This document shows, piece by piece, positions 55,491 through 63,149 of a DNA stretch of 64,000 nt. The DNA comes from an uncultured Actinomycetes bacterium. GTDB lineage: Bacteria; Actinomycetota; Thermoleophilia; Gaiellales; Gaiellaceae. Both the position numbers and the translations under genes were made by a program. The notes under the pieces were generated by a model that saw nothing but the letters and a program-made list of their open reading frames with translations, was not told where the DNA came from and searched no databases. Each line of letters begins with the position of its first letter. Positions within the stretch are counted from its first letter, which is position 1. Location: positions 29,148 to 93,147 of the forward strand of contig CAWHPX010000011.1 of assembly GCA_963831405.1 (NCBI GenBank). Reading direction: 5' to 3'.

Positions 55491-56634
55491 AGGCGTTCGC
55501 GCTCGCCGTGGTCGTCTTCGCGGCCGCGTGCTCCCTCCCGAACGTCGGGCTGTGGAGCGCATCCGGCAAAGCAGACACGGGGCTCTACCGGCTCTACGGC
55601 GAGAAGGTCGTCGACGGCCACATGCCGTATCGATCCGGGTTCTCGCTCGAGTTCCCCCCGGGAGCCATCCCCGCCTTCGCCGTTCCCGCCCTTCCCGGGC
55701 TCGCACTACGTCGTGTGGTTCCACCTCTTCCAGTTCGCGTGCGGCGTCCTCGCGATCGGAGCGGTCGCGTACGCGCGCCGCGGATACCTGCCACCGCTCG
55801 TCCTCGCCGTCGCGCCCGCATGCCTCGGGCCGATCACCCTGAATGCCTTCGACCTCTGGCCGGCGGCGCTCTCCGCGTGGGCCGTGGCGTTCACCATCCG
55901 CGGTCACCCGCGACTCGGAGCCGCCCTGCTCGGCGCGGCGACCGGAGCAAAGCTCTATCCCGCGCTCCTCGCTCCCGCGCTCCTCTCCTACCCCGCCCGG
56001 CGCGAGGCGCTGCGTGCCGCCGTCGTGGGCGTCGTCACCGCGGGCGCCGTCTTCCTGCCGTTCGCCGCCCTCGCGCCCGGCGGGCTCCGCTTCAGCCTCC
56101 AGGAGCAGGCGACGCGGGGGCTCCAGGTCGAGAGCCTCGGCGGCGCGGCGTTCGGGGTCGCGCACCGTCTCGGCGCCGGCGGTGCACGTCGTCGTGAGCC
56201 ATGCACCGTTCTCGTTCGACGTGGGCGGCAGGGCGGCGAGCGCCACGGCGGCGCTGTCGTCCGCGCTCGTCCTCGCCGCCGTCGCGCTCGCGTGGTGGCT
56301 CCTGCGCCGGGGGCCGATCGACGACGCGCGCACGGCGTTCGCGGTGACGGCCGCGGCCGTGGGCTTCGTCGCGTTCGCGAAGGTCCTGTCGCCGCAGTAT
56401 CTGCTCTTTCTCGTGCCGCTCCTCGCGATGGTGCGCTCGGCGGCGGCGTGGGCCGTCGGCCTCGCGACGCTTGCACTCACGCAGGTGTGGGCGCGATTCC
56501 CGGAGCCGTTCCTCCGCACCGTGCACTTCGGCCCCCTGATCTGGGTGACGGCCCTGCGGAACCTCGCGCTCGTCGGCCTCTACCTGCTCCTCGTCAGCCG
56601 GCTCGCGCGCAGCCGGACGACGAGTGCCGCATAG
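55487..56634 (+). pseudogene. GT87/DUF2029-like membrane glycosyltransferase; two apparent +1 frameshifts (about 55693-55703 and 56170-56183)
   Basis: Three frame segments: MKAFALAVVVF...LYGEKVVDGHMPYRSGFSLEFPPGAIPAFAVPALPG, then HYVVWFHLFQF...GAKLYPALL...LQVESLGGAAFGVAHRLG, then AVHVVVSHAPFSF...AKVLSPQYLLFLVPLL. Colinear with paralogue 56580-57746. The span of 1148 nt is 2 mod 3. Confidence 0.7.
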
Positions 56635-57746
56635 AGCGCGACGACGAGAACGTCGCGTCCTGCGACCCACCAGGTGAGCGCAGCCTTGTAGTGGTCGGTC
56701 TCTGCTCCGGCTGCGTGGAACCGATCGAAGACGACGTGCGTGAGCACGAGGACGACCGCAACGAGCGCGCCGAAGCCGATCCCCGCTGCGGGGACGAGCG
56801 GGACGAACCATGTCGTGTACTGCGGTGAGAAGACCTTGCCGAATGCGACGAAGGCGACGACGGCAGCAGACGCAGCGGCGAGCACGTCCCTCCGCCTTCG
56901 TGCGAAGAGCCAGATCGCGAGCAGCACCGCGGCCACGACGACGATCGACGAGATCACGCCGATCGCGTCGGGCAGCGAGCCGACGACGTTCTTCGAGCCC
57001 GGAGGCTCGTCGCGCAGCGTCGCGTGGTAGACGCCGAGCCGGTCGGCGACAAGGAGCACCGCCCCGCCGAGGCTCTCGACCTCGAGGCCGCGGCGAAGCT
57101 GGACCCAGTAGCTGAAACGGAGACCGCCCGGCCCCATCACGGCAAAGGGCAGATGCACGAGCGCGAGCGTCGCGCCGAACCACAGAAGCGCGCGGCGCAG
57201 CGCGTCTCTCCCCCCACGCTCCCAGGTCTCCACGAGGGCGAGCGGGAGCAGCACGAGCGGGAATATCTTCGCCGCGACGGCGAGCGCGAGGAGCAGGTAC
57301 GTCGTGCGCTCGCGACCGCGAAGGAGCGCGAGCACTGCACCGATCGTCAGCGCAGCGGGAAAGAGGTCGTACGTGTTGAGGAACACCGGCCCCGCGAGAA
57401 GCGGCGAGAGGCCCGCCACCACGGCCGCGGCGAGCATGCGGGGCGACGGCGTCCGCATCGCGGCCACCATCAGGACGACCGCGGCGGCGCCGCAGAGCGC
57501 CATGACCCACTTGAAGGTGGTGGGGAACGGCCCCGGCAGGACGCGGATGAGGAGAAAGAGCGGCTGCGCCAGGACCGGGTACTCGTCGAAGAAGTCGCGA
57601 TACGGCCAGAGCCCGGACGTCATCTCGTGCGCGTAGTGGCCGTAATACGCGACGTCGCCGTACCTCGCCCTGTCGAAGAGCCCGCCGGGGCCGACGGCCG
57701 CGCTCACCAGGAAGAGGCCCGCGCCGAAGAGCGCGATCCGCCTCAC
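56580..57746 (-). CDS. GT87/DUF2029-like membrane glycosyltransferase, intact
   Basis: YGHYAHEMTSGLWPYRDFFDEYPVLAQPLF, AAKIFPLVLLP, GLEVESLGG and GKVFSPQYTTWFVPL. GTG 57746 overlaps the upstream stop. The 3' end overlaps the convergent paralogue by 55 nt. Confidence 0.75.
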   Translation of the reverse strand: MRRIALFGAGLFLVSAAVGPGGLFDRARYGDVAYYGHYAHEMTSGLWPYRDFFDEYPVLAQPLFLLIRVLPGPFPTTFKWVMALCGAAAVVLMVAAMRTPSPRMLAAAVVAGLSPLLAGPVFLNTYDLFPAALTIGAVLALLRGRERTTYLLLALAVAAKIFPLVLLPLALVETWERGGRDALRRALLWFGATLALVHLPFAVMGPGGLRFSYWVQLRRGLEVESLGGAVLLVADRLGVYHATLRDEPPGSKNVVGSLPDAIGVISSIVVVAAVLLAIWLFARRRRDVLAAASAAVVAFVAFGKVFSPQYTTWFVPLVPAAGIGFGALVAVVLVLTHVVFDRFHAAGAETDHYKAALTWWVAGRDVLVVALYAALVVRLRASRLTRSR

Positions 57747-59041
57747 CGGCGCGACCAGGCGGCTGCGCCGGTGCCGATCGCCGCCAGCGAGAACCCGAGG
57801 ACGAGGATCGCCCCGACGTTGCGGTTCGGCACGATCCAGGCCCACGTGGTCTTCGCGATGTCGTTTCGCGACGGCACCCACGACGAGTCGTCGAAGCGGC
57901 GCACGCCCCACGTCATCGAGTCGACGCTCGTCAGGGCGGCGGAGGCGAACGCGAGCGCGAACGTCGGCCGCGGGAAGCGCACGAGCGCACAGGGCAGGCC
58001 GAGCGCGAGGAACGGCAGCGCGGGCCCGATGAACCGCGGCCCCGGCGACTGGCCGCCGTAGGGGAGGAAGTACCCGGCCGCGACGAGCACGAATACGAGC
58101 GACAGCACGGAGGCGACCAGTGCCTCCGCTCGATCGCCGCGCCGCCAGAGGAGCCACAGCCCGACGAGCGCTGCGAGCACGACGGGCGAGAAGACGAGGA
58201 GGCCGCGCGTCCCGACGAGGACCTGCCGCAGGCCGTCGAGCGTGGGGACGCCGATGCCGAAGAAGCCGTGGTGCTGCTGCTCCGCGAACGGGTTGGCGAC
58301 GTAGCGGTACGACAGATGAAACGGCGAGCCGAAGGCGGCCCAGTCGTACGCACCGAGGGCGATCGCCCCCGGAACGCCGCCGAGGAGAAACCAGCCGACT
58401 CGCCGGCCCTGACGCACGACGACGTGGACCGCAAGCACGAGCACGACGAGCCCCGCGGCGTACTGGAAGAGCACCGCCGCGCCCGCAAGGAGCCCGCCGA
58501 GCAGGAGCGCAGCCCGTCCGCGGCCGAGGAGAAGCGCGGCGAAGGCCCCGATCGCACAGGCTGCAGCTGCATCGTGCTCGAAGAAGGTCGGCGCGAGCGG
58601 CGCCGCCATCGTCGCGACGCCGAAGATCGCGGCCGTGGCGGCGCCCGCACCCGCGACGAGCCTCTCCGCGAGACGGCCGACGAGCACGACCGCGGCGAGG
58701 AACATGACCCCGGAGGTGAGGACGCGGAGCAACCAGAGAGAGAGGTCGCCTTCCGGGCTCCACGCGCGGGGCGCCTTCGCGATTCCCGCCGCGCGCTCGA
58801 GGGAGTACGCCGGAACGGCGAGGAACGACATCCCGGGCGCCTTGTCCGAATACGAGCGTCCGCCGTACACCGCTCGATCGAAGAGGCTCGGCTCGACCGT
58901 GAGCGTGTGCTGCAGAACGAGATGCCGCGTGAGCTCGTAGCGGGTCCGGTCCTGCGGCCCGGCCAGGGCGACGACGGGCAGTGCCGCGAGGGCGACGAGC
59001 GCGACGACGATCGGCTCGAACCGGTAGCCGGCCAGAGGCAC
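57743..59041 (-). CDS. GT-C-like membrane glycosyltransferase (ArnT-like, YSDKAPG loop motif)
   Basis: 432 aa with about 11 TM segments. The first loop GGRSYSDKAPGMSFLAVP resembles the DKPP(L/G) motif of the ArnT/GT83 type. GTG start. Confidence 0.65.
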   Translation of the reverse strand: MPLAGYRFEPIVVALVALAALPVVALAGPQDRTRYELTRHLVLQHTLTVEPSLFDRAVYGGRSYSDKAPGMSFLAVPAYSLERAAGIAKAPRAWSPEGDLSLWLLRVLTSGVMFLAAVVLVGRLAERLVAGAGAATAAIFGVATMAAPLAPTFFEHDAAAACAIGAFAALLLGRGRAALLLGGLLAGAAVLFQYAAGLVVLVLAVHVVVRQGRRVGWFLLGGVPGAIALGAYDWAAFGSPFHLSYRYVANPFAEQQHHGFFGIGVPTLDGLRQVLVGTRGLLVFSPVVLAALVGLWLLWRRGDRAEALVASVLSLVFVLVAAGYFLPYGGQSPGPRFIGPALPFLALGLPCALVRFPRPTFALAFASAALTSVDSMTWGVRRFDDSSWVPSRNDIAKTTWAWIVPNRNVGAILVLGFSLAAIGTGAAAWSRR

Positions 59042-59047
59042 GCGCGA

Positions 59048-59053
59048 ACGTTA
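59048..59053 (-). promoter_or_regulatory. candidate -10 hexamer (TAACGT on the minus strand) for leaderless 59041 operon
   Basis: TANNNT lies 6 nt upstream of GTG 59041. Confidence 0.35.
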
Positions 59054-59085
59054 CGCGCTCGGGCGCGACGGGGACCCATCGACCC

Positions 59086-59091
59086 TAGACT
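59086..59091 (+). promoter_or_regulatory. candidate -10 hexamer (TAGACT) for the leaderless GH31 gene
   Basis: TANNNT lies 7 nt upstream of GTG 59099. Confidence 0.35.
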
Positions 59092-59098
59092 GGCCCTC

Positions 59099-61369
59099 GT
59101 GGCTCGCCGGGCCGCCCTCGTCTTCTGTCTCGCGAACGCGGCGCTCGTGCTGACGCCGGCGGCGCGCGCCGCCGTCGTCACCTGGAAGGTGACGCATCGG
59201 CCGTTCACGGTCTCGTTCGACGCTGCCGAGCGCGTGCTGACGAGGCAGGCGGGCGGGCTCACCTACGCGCTCGGAGACGGCACCGTGCACAGGACGACGG
59301 TTCCGGTGCGGACGTCGCATCACGGCGCGGCGACCGTGTACGTGCTCGGGACGGACGAGGCGGGCCGCGTCGGACGCGTCACGCTCCAGCGCTCGCGGAG
59401 CGGCGTGAGGGCGGCCTGGAGCATCGAGCCCTCCGACGGAGTGGCGTACGTCCGGACGGCGTTGACGGCCGGGCTCGACCAGCACTTCCTCGGCGGCGGC
59501 GAGCGACGCAGCGCGGTCGACCTCCGCAGGCGGATCGTGCGGTTGAAGGTCTGGAACGCCTGCCACTCGAACGCCCCGGCGACGAGCTTCCTGAGCTCTG
59601 CCGGCTACGGGGTGTCGATCAACTCGACGAGCGTCGGCAGCCTCGCGTTCCCCGGAGCGGTCGACGGCCCGGCGTTCAGCTGCCAGTGGGGCACGACGCC
59701 GTGCCCCGTGCAGAGCAACGTCGGCGCGACGCAGATCTGCGAACGCGGCTCGAAGCTCTCGTACACCGTCTTCGGCGGCTCGTTCCCCGCGGTCCAGCAG
59801 GCGCTCACCGCCGGCGGACGGCGGCCCGTGCTGCCCCGCCCGAGCGAGTTCGAGCTGATCAAGTGGCGCGACGCCGTCGCCGGGCCGGCGGACCTTCTCG
59901 ACGACGTGCAGCAGCTGCGGTCGCGCGGCATCCCGATCGGCTGGGAGCTCCTCGACAACCCGTGGGAGGCCTGCCTCGGCTCGCTCGCCTTCGACCCCAC
60001 CGCCTTCCCGGATCCCGCCGCCACGATCCGGGCGCTCCGCGCGGAGGGCGTGCGCCTGATGCTGTGGGTCTCGCCGCTCGTCGACCCGAGCTGCGGGGCG
60101 GACAGGGGCTACGAGCGGGTCGTCCCGGGCGACGGCGACCTGTCGGCGATCGACCTCACGAGCGTCGCGTCGCGCGCCGAGCTCGAGCGCCGGCTCGAGG
60201 CTCTGCTTCGCCTGGGCGTCGGAGGGTTCAAGGGGGACCGCGGCGACGAGGTCGACCTCGAGCACACGCCGCTCGCAGCCGGCCCCGGCCAGACGCTCCA
60301 CAATCTCTATCCGGTGCTCTTCGAGCGGGCCGTGGCCGACGCAGCCGCCGCGACCGGGCTCGCGCCGCTGCCGGCGATCTTCCGCGCCGGCTTCACCGGC
60401 TCGCCGCCGATCTCGTCCGGGTTCTGGGCGGGCGACCAGACGGGCGACGACCACGGGCTGCGCGCGGCGATCCGCTCCGCGGCGACGGCCGGGCTCGGCG
60501 GCTACTCGACGTGGGGATCGGACATCGGCGGCTACCTCTCGGAGTCGCTCCGCCCGGACGTCTTCATCCGCTGGGCGCAGCTCGGCGCCGTGTCGCCGGT
60601 CTTCGAGGTCGGCGGCCGCGGGCCGCAGGCGCGCTTCTGGCAGTTCGGCGCGCAGACGACCGACCTCTTCCGCGCGTTCGCGGTGCTCCACTACGAGCTC
60701 TTCCCGTACCTCTACGGGCTCGCCGGCCGGGCGCATGCCACCGGCATCCCCGTCCTGCGGCCGCTCGCGTTCGGCTACCCGGACGACGCGGCCGCCTGGA
60801 AGCACGACCTGGAGCTCCTCGTCGGGGACGACCTCCTCGCGGCGCCGGTCGACCGGACGGGCGGCACCGTCGACTTCCCCGTCTACCTGCCGCGCGGCCG
60901 CTGGACCGACGTCTTCGACGGCCGCGAGCGGGCCGGCGGCCGCACCGTCGTGCGCAGGACGCCGCTCGCCGAGCTCCCGCTCTACCTCCGCAGCGGGAGC
61001 GCGATCCGGTTCAACCTTCGAGCGGCGAACGTGTGGCGGCGACCGTGGCAGGTGGACGAGCTCGAGCGGACGGGGCGGACGGGCTGGCTCTACGCGCCCG
61101 GGGGGAAGACGTCCGAGGGCGCCTTCACCGCCGCCTCGACGCGGGACGCGGTCAGCCTGCAGCTCGCCCGCGGCGCCGGGGCGGCGCAGGTGCTCGTGCT
61201 CGGGCGAAGGCGGCCGGCGTCGGTCGAGATCGACGGACGCCGCCTTCCCCCGCGCGGCGACCTGCGGCCGAAGACGGCCGGCTGGCGGCTTCGGTCCGGC
61301 TCGATGCCCGGCGTCCTCCTCAAGGTGCCGGCGGGCGGCCGGGTGACGATCGAGTGGCGGCGCTCGTAG
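59099..61369 (+). CDS. secreted glycoside hydrolase family 31-like enzyme (alpha-xylosidase/alpha-glucosidase type)
   Basis: Signal peptide VARRAALVFCLANAALVLTPAARA. GGFKGDRGDE resembles the YicI-type KTDFGE nucleophile region. FWAGDQTGD and WGSDIGGY resemble the GH31 acid/base region. The upstream 277 codons of the track ORF are antisense artefact. Confidence 0.75.
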   Translation: MARRAALVFCLANAALVLTPAARAAVVTWKVTHRPFTVSFDAAERVLTRQAGGLTYALGDGTVHRTTVPVRTSHHGAATVYVLGTDEAGRVGRVTLQRSRSGVRAAWSIEPSDGVAYVRTALTAGLDQHFLGGGERRSAVDLRRRIVRLKVWNACHSNAPATSFLSSAGYGVSINSTSVGSLAFPGAVDGPAFSCQWGTTPCPVQSNVGATQICERGSKLSYTVFGGSFPAVQQALTAGGRRPVLPRPSEFELIKWRDAVAGPADLLDDVQQLRSRGIPIGWELLDNPWEACLGSLAFDPTAFPDPAATIRALRAEGVRLMLWVSPLVDPSCGADRGYERVVPGDGDLSAIDLTSVASRAELERRLEALLRLGVGGFKGDRGDEVDLEHTPLAAGPGQTLHNLYPVLFERAVADAAAATGLAPLPAIFRAGFTGSPPISSGFWAGDQTGDDHGLRAAIRSAATAGLGGYSTWGSDIGGYLSESLRPDVFIRWAQLGAVSPVFEVGGRGPQARFWQFGAQTTDLFRAFAVLHYELFPYLYGLAGRAHATGIPVLRPLAFGYPDDAAAWKHDLELLVGDDLLAAPVDRTGGTVDFPVYLPRGRWTDVFDGRERAGGRTVVRRTPLAELPLYLRSGSAIRFNLRAANVWRRPWQVDELERTGRTGWLYAPGGKTSEGAFTAASTRDAVSLQLARGAGAAQVLVLGRRRPASVEIDGRRLPPRGDLRPKTAGWRLRSGSMPGVLLKVPAGGRVTIEWRRS

Positions 61370-61379
61370 TGGGACTGGT

Positions 61380-62321
61380 CTAGCGGAGGTCCTTGTTCGA
61401 CTCCATGTCGAACCACATCGCGAAGAGCGTGAACTGCGACCCGGAGATGAGGAGCAGCGCGATCAGGACGACCGTGCCGACGCTGACGTCGTTGCCGGCG
61501 ATGCGGTAGCCGATCTCGATGCCGCCGAGAACGAGGCCCGCGAGCGTCGAGAGGAAGCCGAACGCGTAGAAGAAGACGAGCGGGTGGAAGTCGCGGATCA
61601 CGTACTTCTCGCGCAGGCGCCAGAAGAAGCCCTTCACGAGGAGCCACGAGATGCGCGGCACCACCTTGCGATAGCGGATGCCGGAGCGCTCGCCGACGCC
61701 GTAGATGGGCCGCGACGGAAAGTCGCGCACGCGCGCGTTCCAGACGTTGAGATGCACGAGGAAGTCGTTCGGGAAGCCGTACCCCGTGTAGACGCGGTCG
61801 AGGTCGAGCTCGTCGAGCATCCGCTTCGAGAGAGCGGTGTAGCCCGACTGCGAGTCGGCGATGTGCCAGTACCCGGACGCGATCTTCGTCAGCATCGAGA
61901 GCACGGCGTTGCCGAGGTACCGCGTGCGCGGGATGAGCGTCCACGCCTCGCCCGTCACGAGGCGGTTCGCCTTCGCGTAGTCGAGCTCGCCGCGCACGAC
62001 GGGGAGTGCGAGCAGCTCGAGGTCCGCAGGGTCCATCTGGTTGTCGGCCGCCATCACGCAGGCCACGTCGATGCCGTCGTCGTGGGCGCGCTTGTACCCG
62101 GTGACGATCGCCGCGCCGACTCCGCGGTTGCGCTCGTGCGCGACGATCTCGACGCGTGCGTCGCCGAGCGCACGTGCGCGCTCGACCGTCGCATCGCGCG
62201 ACCCGTCGTCGACGACGTAGATGCGATCGACGAACGCGGGGATGCCGCGCAGCGTCGTCGCGATCAGCTCCTCCTCGTCGTGCGCGGGCACGACGACGCC
62301 GACGCGCTTGCCCTCGAGCAT
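61380..62321 (-). CDS. GT2 glycosyltransferase with C-terminal TM helices (polyprenyl-phosphate sugar synthase-like)
   Basis: VGVVVPAHDEEELIATTL, YVVDDGSRDAT, VMAADNQMDP and ADSQSGYTAL, plus two C-terminal TM segments. The ATG shares 1 nt with the Wzz stop (TGATG). Confidence 0.8.
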   Translation of the reverse strand: MLEGKRVGVVVPAHDEEELIATTLRGIPAFVDRIYVVDDGSRDATVERARALGDARVEIVAHERNRGVGAAIVTGYKRAHDDGIDVACVMAADNQMDPADLELLALPVVRGELDYAKANRLVTGEAWTLIPRTRYLGNAVLSMLTKIASGYWHIADSQSGYTALSKRMLDELDLDRVYTGYGFPNDFLVHLNVWNARVRDFPSRPIYGVGERSGIRYRKVVPRISWLLVKGFFWRLREKYVIRDFHPLVFFYAFGFLSTLAGLVLGGIEIGYRIAGNDVSVGTVVLIALLLISGSQFTLFAMWFDMESNKDLR

Positions 62322-63139
62322 CAGCCGCGGCGGAAGCGGGCGGCGGCGCCGTCCCACACGAGCGCGGCGAGCGCGCCGAGGATGAGCCCGATGAGCGCGG
62401 CGACGACGACCGTGTTGCGGCGGCTGCGGGCGGTGACCTTCTGCGACGCGGCGCCGGTGAGGATCGACGGCGCCTCCACCTGCTTCGCCTGCAGCAGCAG
62501 CTGGCTCGTCTGCAGCTTGTCCGTCTGCGCCTGAGCGAGCCGGATCTGGACGACGAGCTTGTCGGTGGCGGAGAGGCTGCCGCTCTCGAGCGCCGAGTTG
62601 ATCTGCTCGATGTTGCGCTCGTCGTTCGTGATCTGCGCGCTGAAGTTGCCGATCTTCTGGTTCGCGAAGGCGGACACCTTGCCGATGACGGCCTGGGCGA
62701 GCGCATTCGCGGCGCACGACGCGAGCCGGCGCTTCTTCGCCTGCACGCTGATCGAGACGAGCGGCGTCTGCCCGTTCTTCGCGATGTTGCCCGAGACGCT
62801 CTGCGTCGAGATGCCGCCGCGGAAGCTCCCCGCCTTCGCCTTGCACTGCGCGGCGACCTTCTGCACGATGACCTCGGCGTGCGCGATCTGGCGGACGGTG
62901 CTCGGGTTCGTCTGCGCCGCCTGGAGCTGCACGTTGCCGCTCGCCGAGTACGGCTGGCCGAGATAGAGCGTGGCCGTCGCCTTGAACTGCTGGCTTCCTC
63001 CGAGCGAGAGGGCGTAGCCGATGACCGCGCCGGCGACGAGGCCCGCCCCGACGAGCCACCAGCGCGCGGCGAGCGCGCGCCAGTAGCGGCCGAAGTCGAC
63101 CTCCTGCTCGGCCTCGGGATCGAACCGCGGCTCCGTCAC
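62321..63139 (-). CDS. Wzz-like polysaccharide co-polymerase / chain-length determinant
   Basis: N-terminal EVDFGRYWRALAARWWLVGAGLVAGAVIGY (Wzz motif plus TM1), a Q/K/S-rich helical periplasmic region, and a C-terminal TM (VVVAALIGLILGALAALVW). Start at GTG 63139. Confidence 0.75.
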   Translation of the reverse strand: MTEPRFDPEAEQEVDFGRYWRALAARWWLVGAGLVAGAVIGYALSLGGSQQFKATATLYLGQPYSASGNVQLQAAQTNPSTVRQIAHAEVIVQKVAAQCKAKAGSFRGGISTQSVSGNIAKNGQTPLVSISVQAKKRRLASCAANALAQAVIGKVSAFANQKIGNFSAQITNDERNIEQINSALESGSLSATDKLVVQIRLAQAQTDKLQTSQLLLQAKQVEAPSILTGAASQKVTARSRRNTVVVAALIGLILGALAALVWDGAAARFRRG

Positions 63140-63149
63140 GTGACGCCAG

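Noticed and set aside
13850-56634. Programmed +1 ribosomal frameshifting or transcriptional slippage as the explanation for the frameshifts.
   Set aside because: The ~15 junctions have heterogeneous sequence contexts (a GGGG run, CG repeats, and plain GC-rich sequence). I could see no shared slippery motif, stimulatory stop codon or hungry codon. A technical insertion bias, or plain pseudogenisation, is more parsimonious. Kept as a finding only because of its scale and uniform sign.
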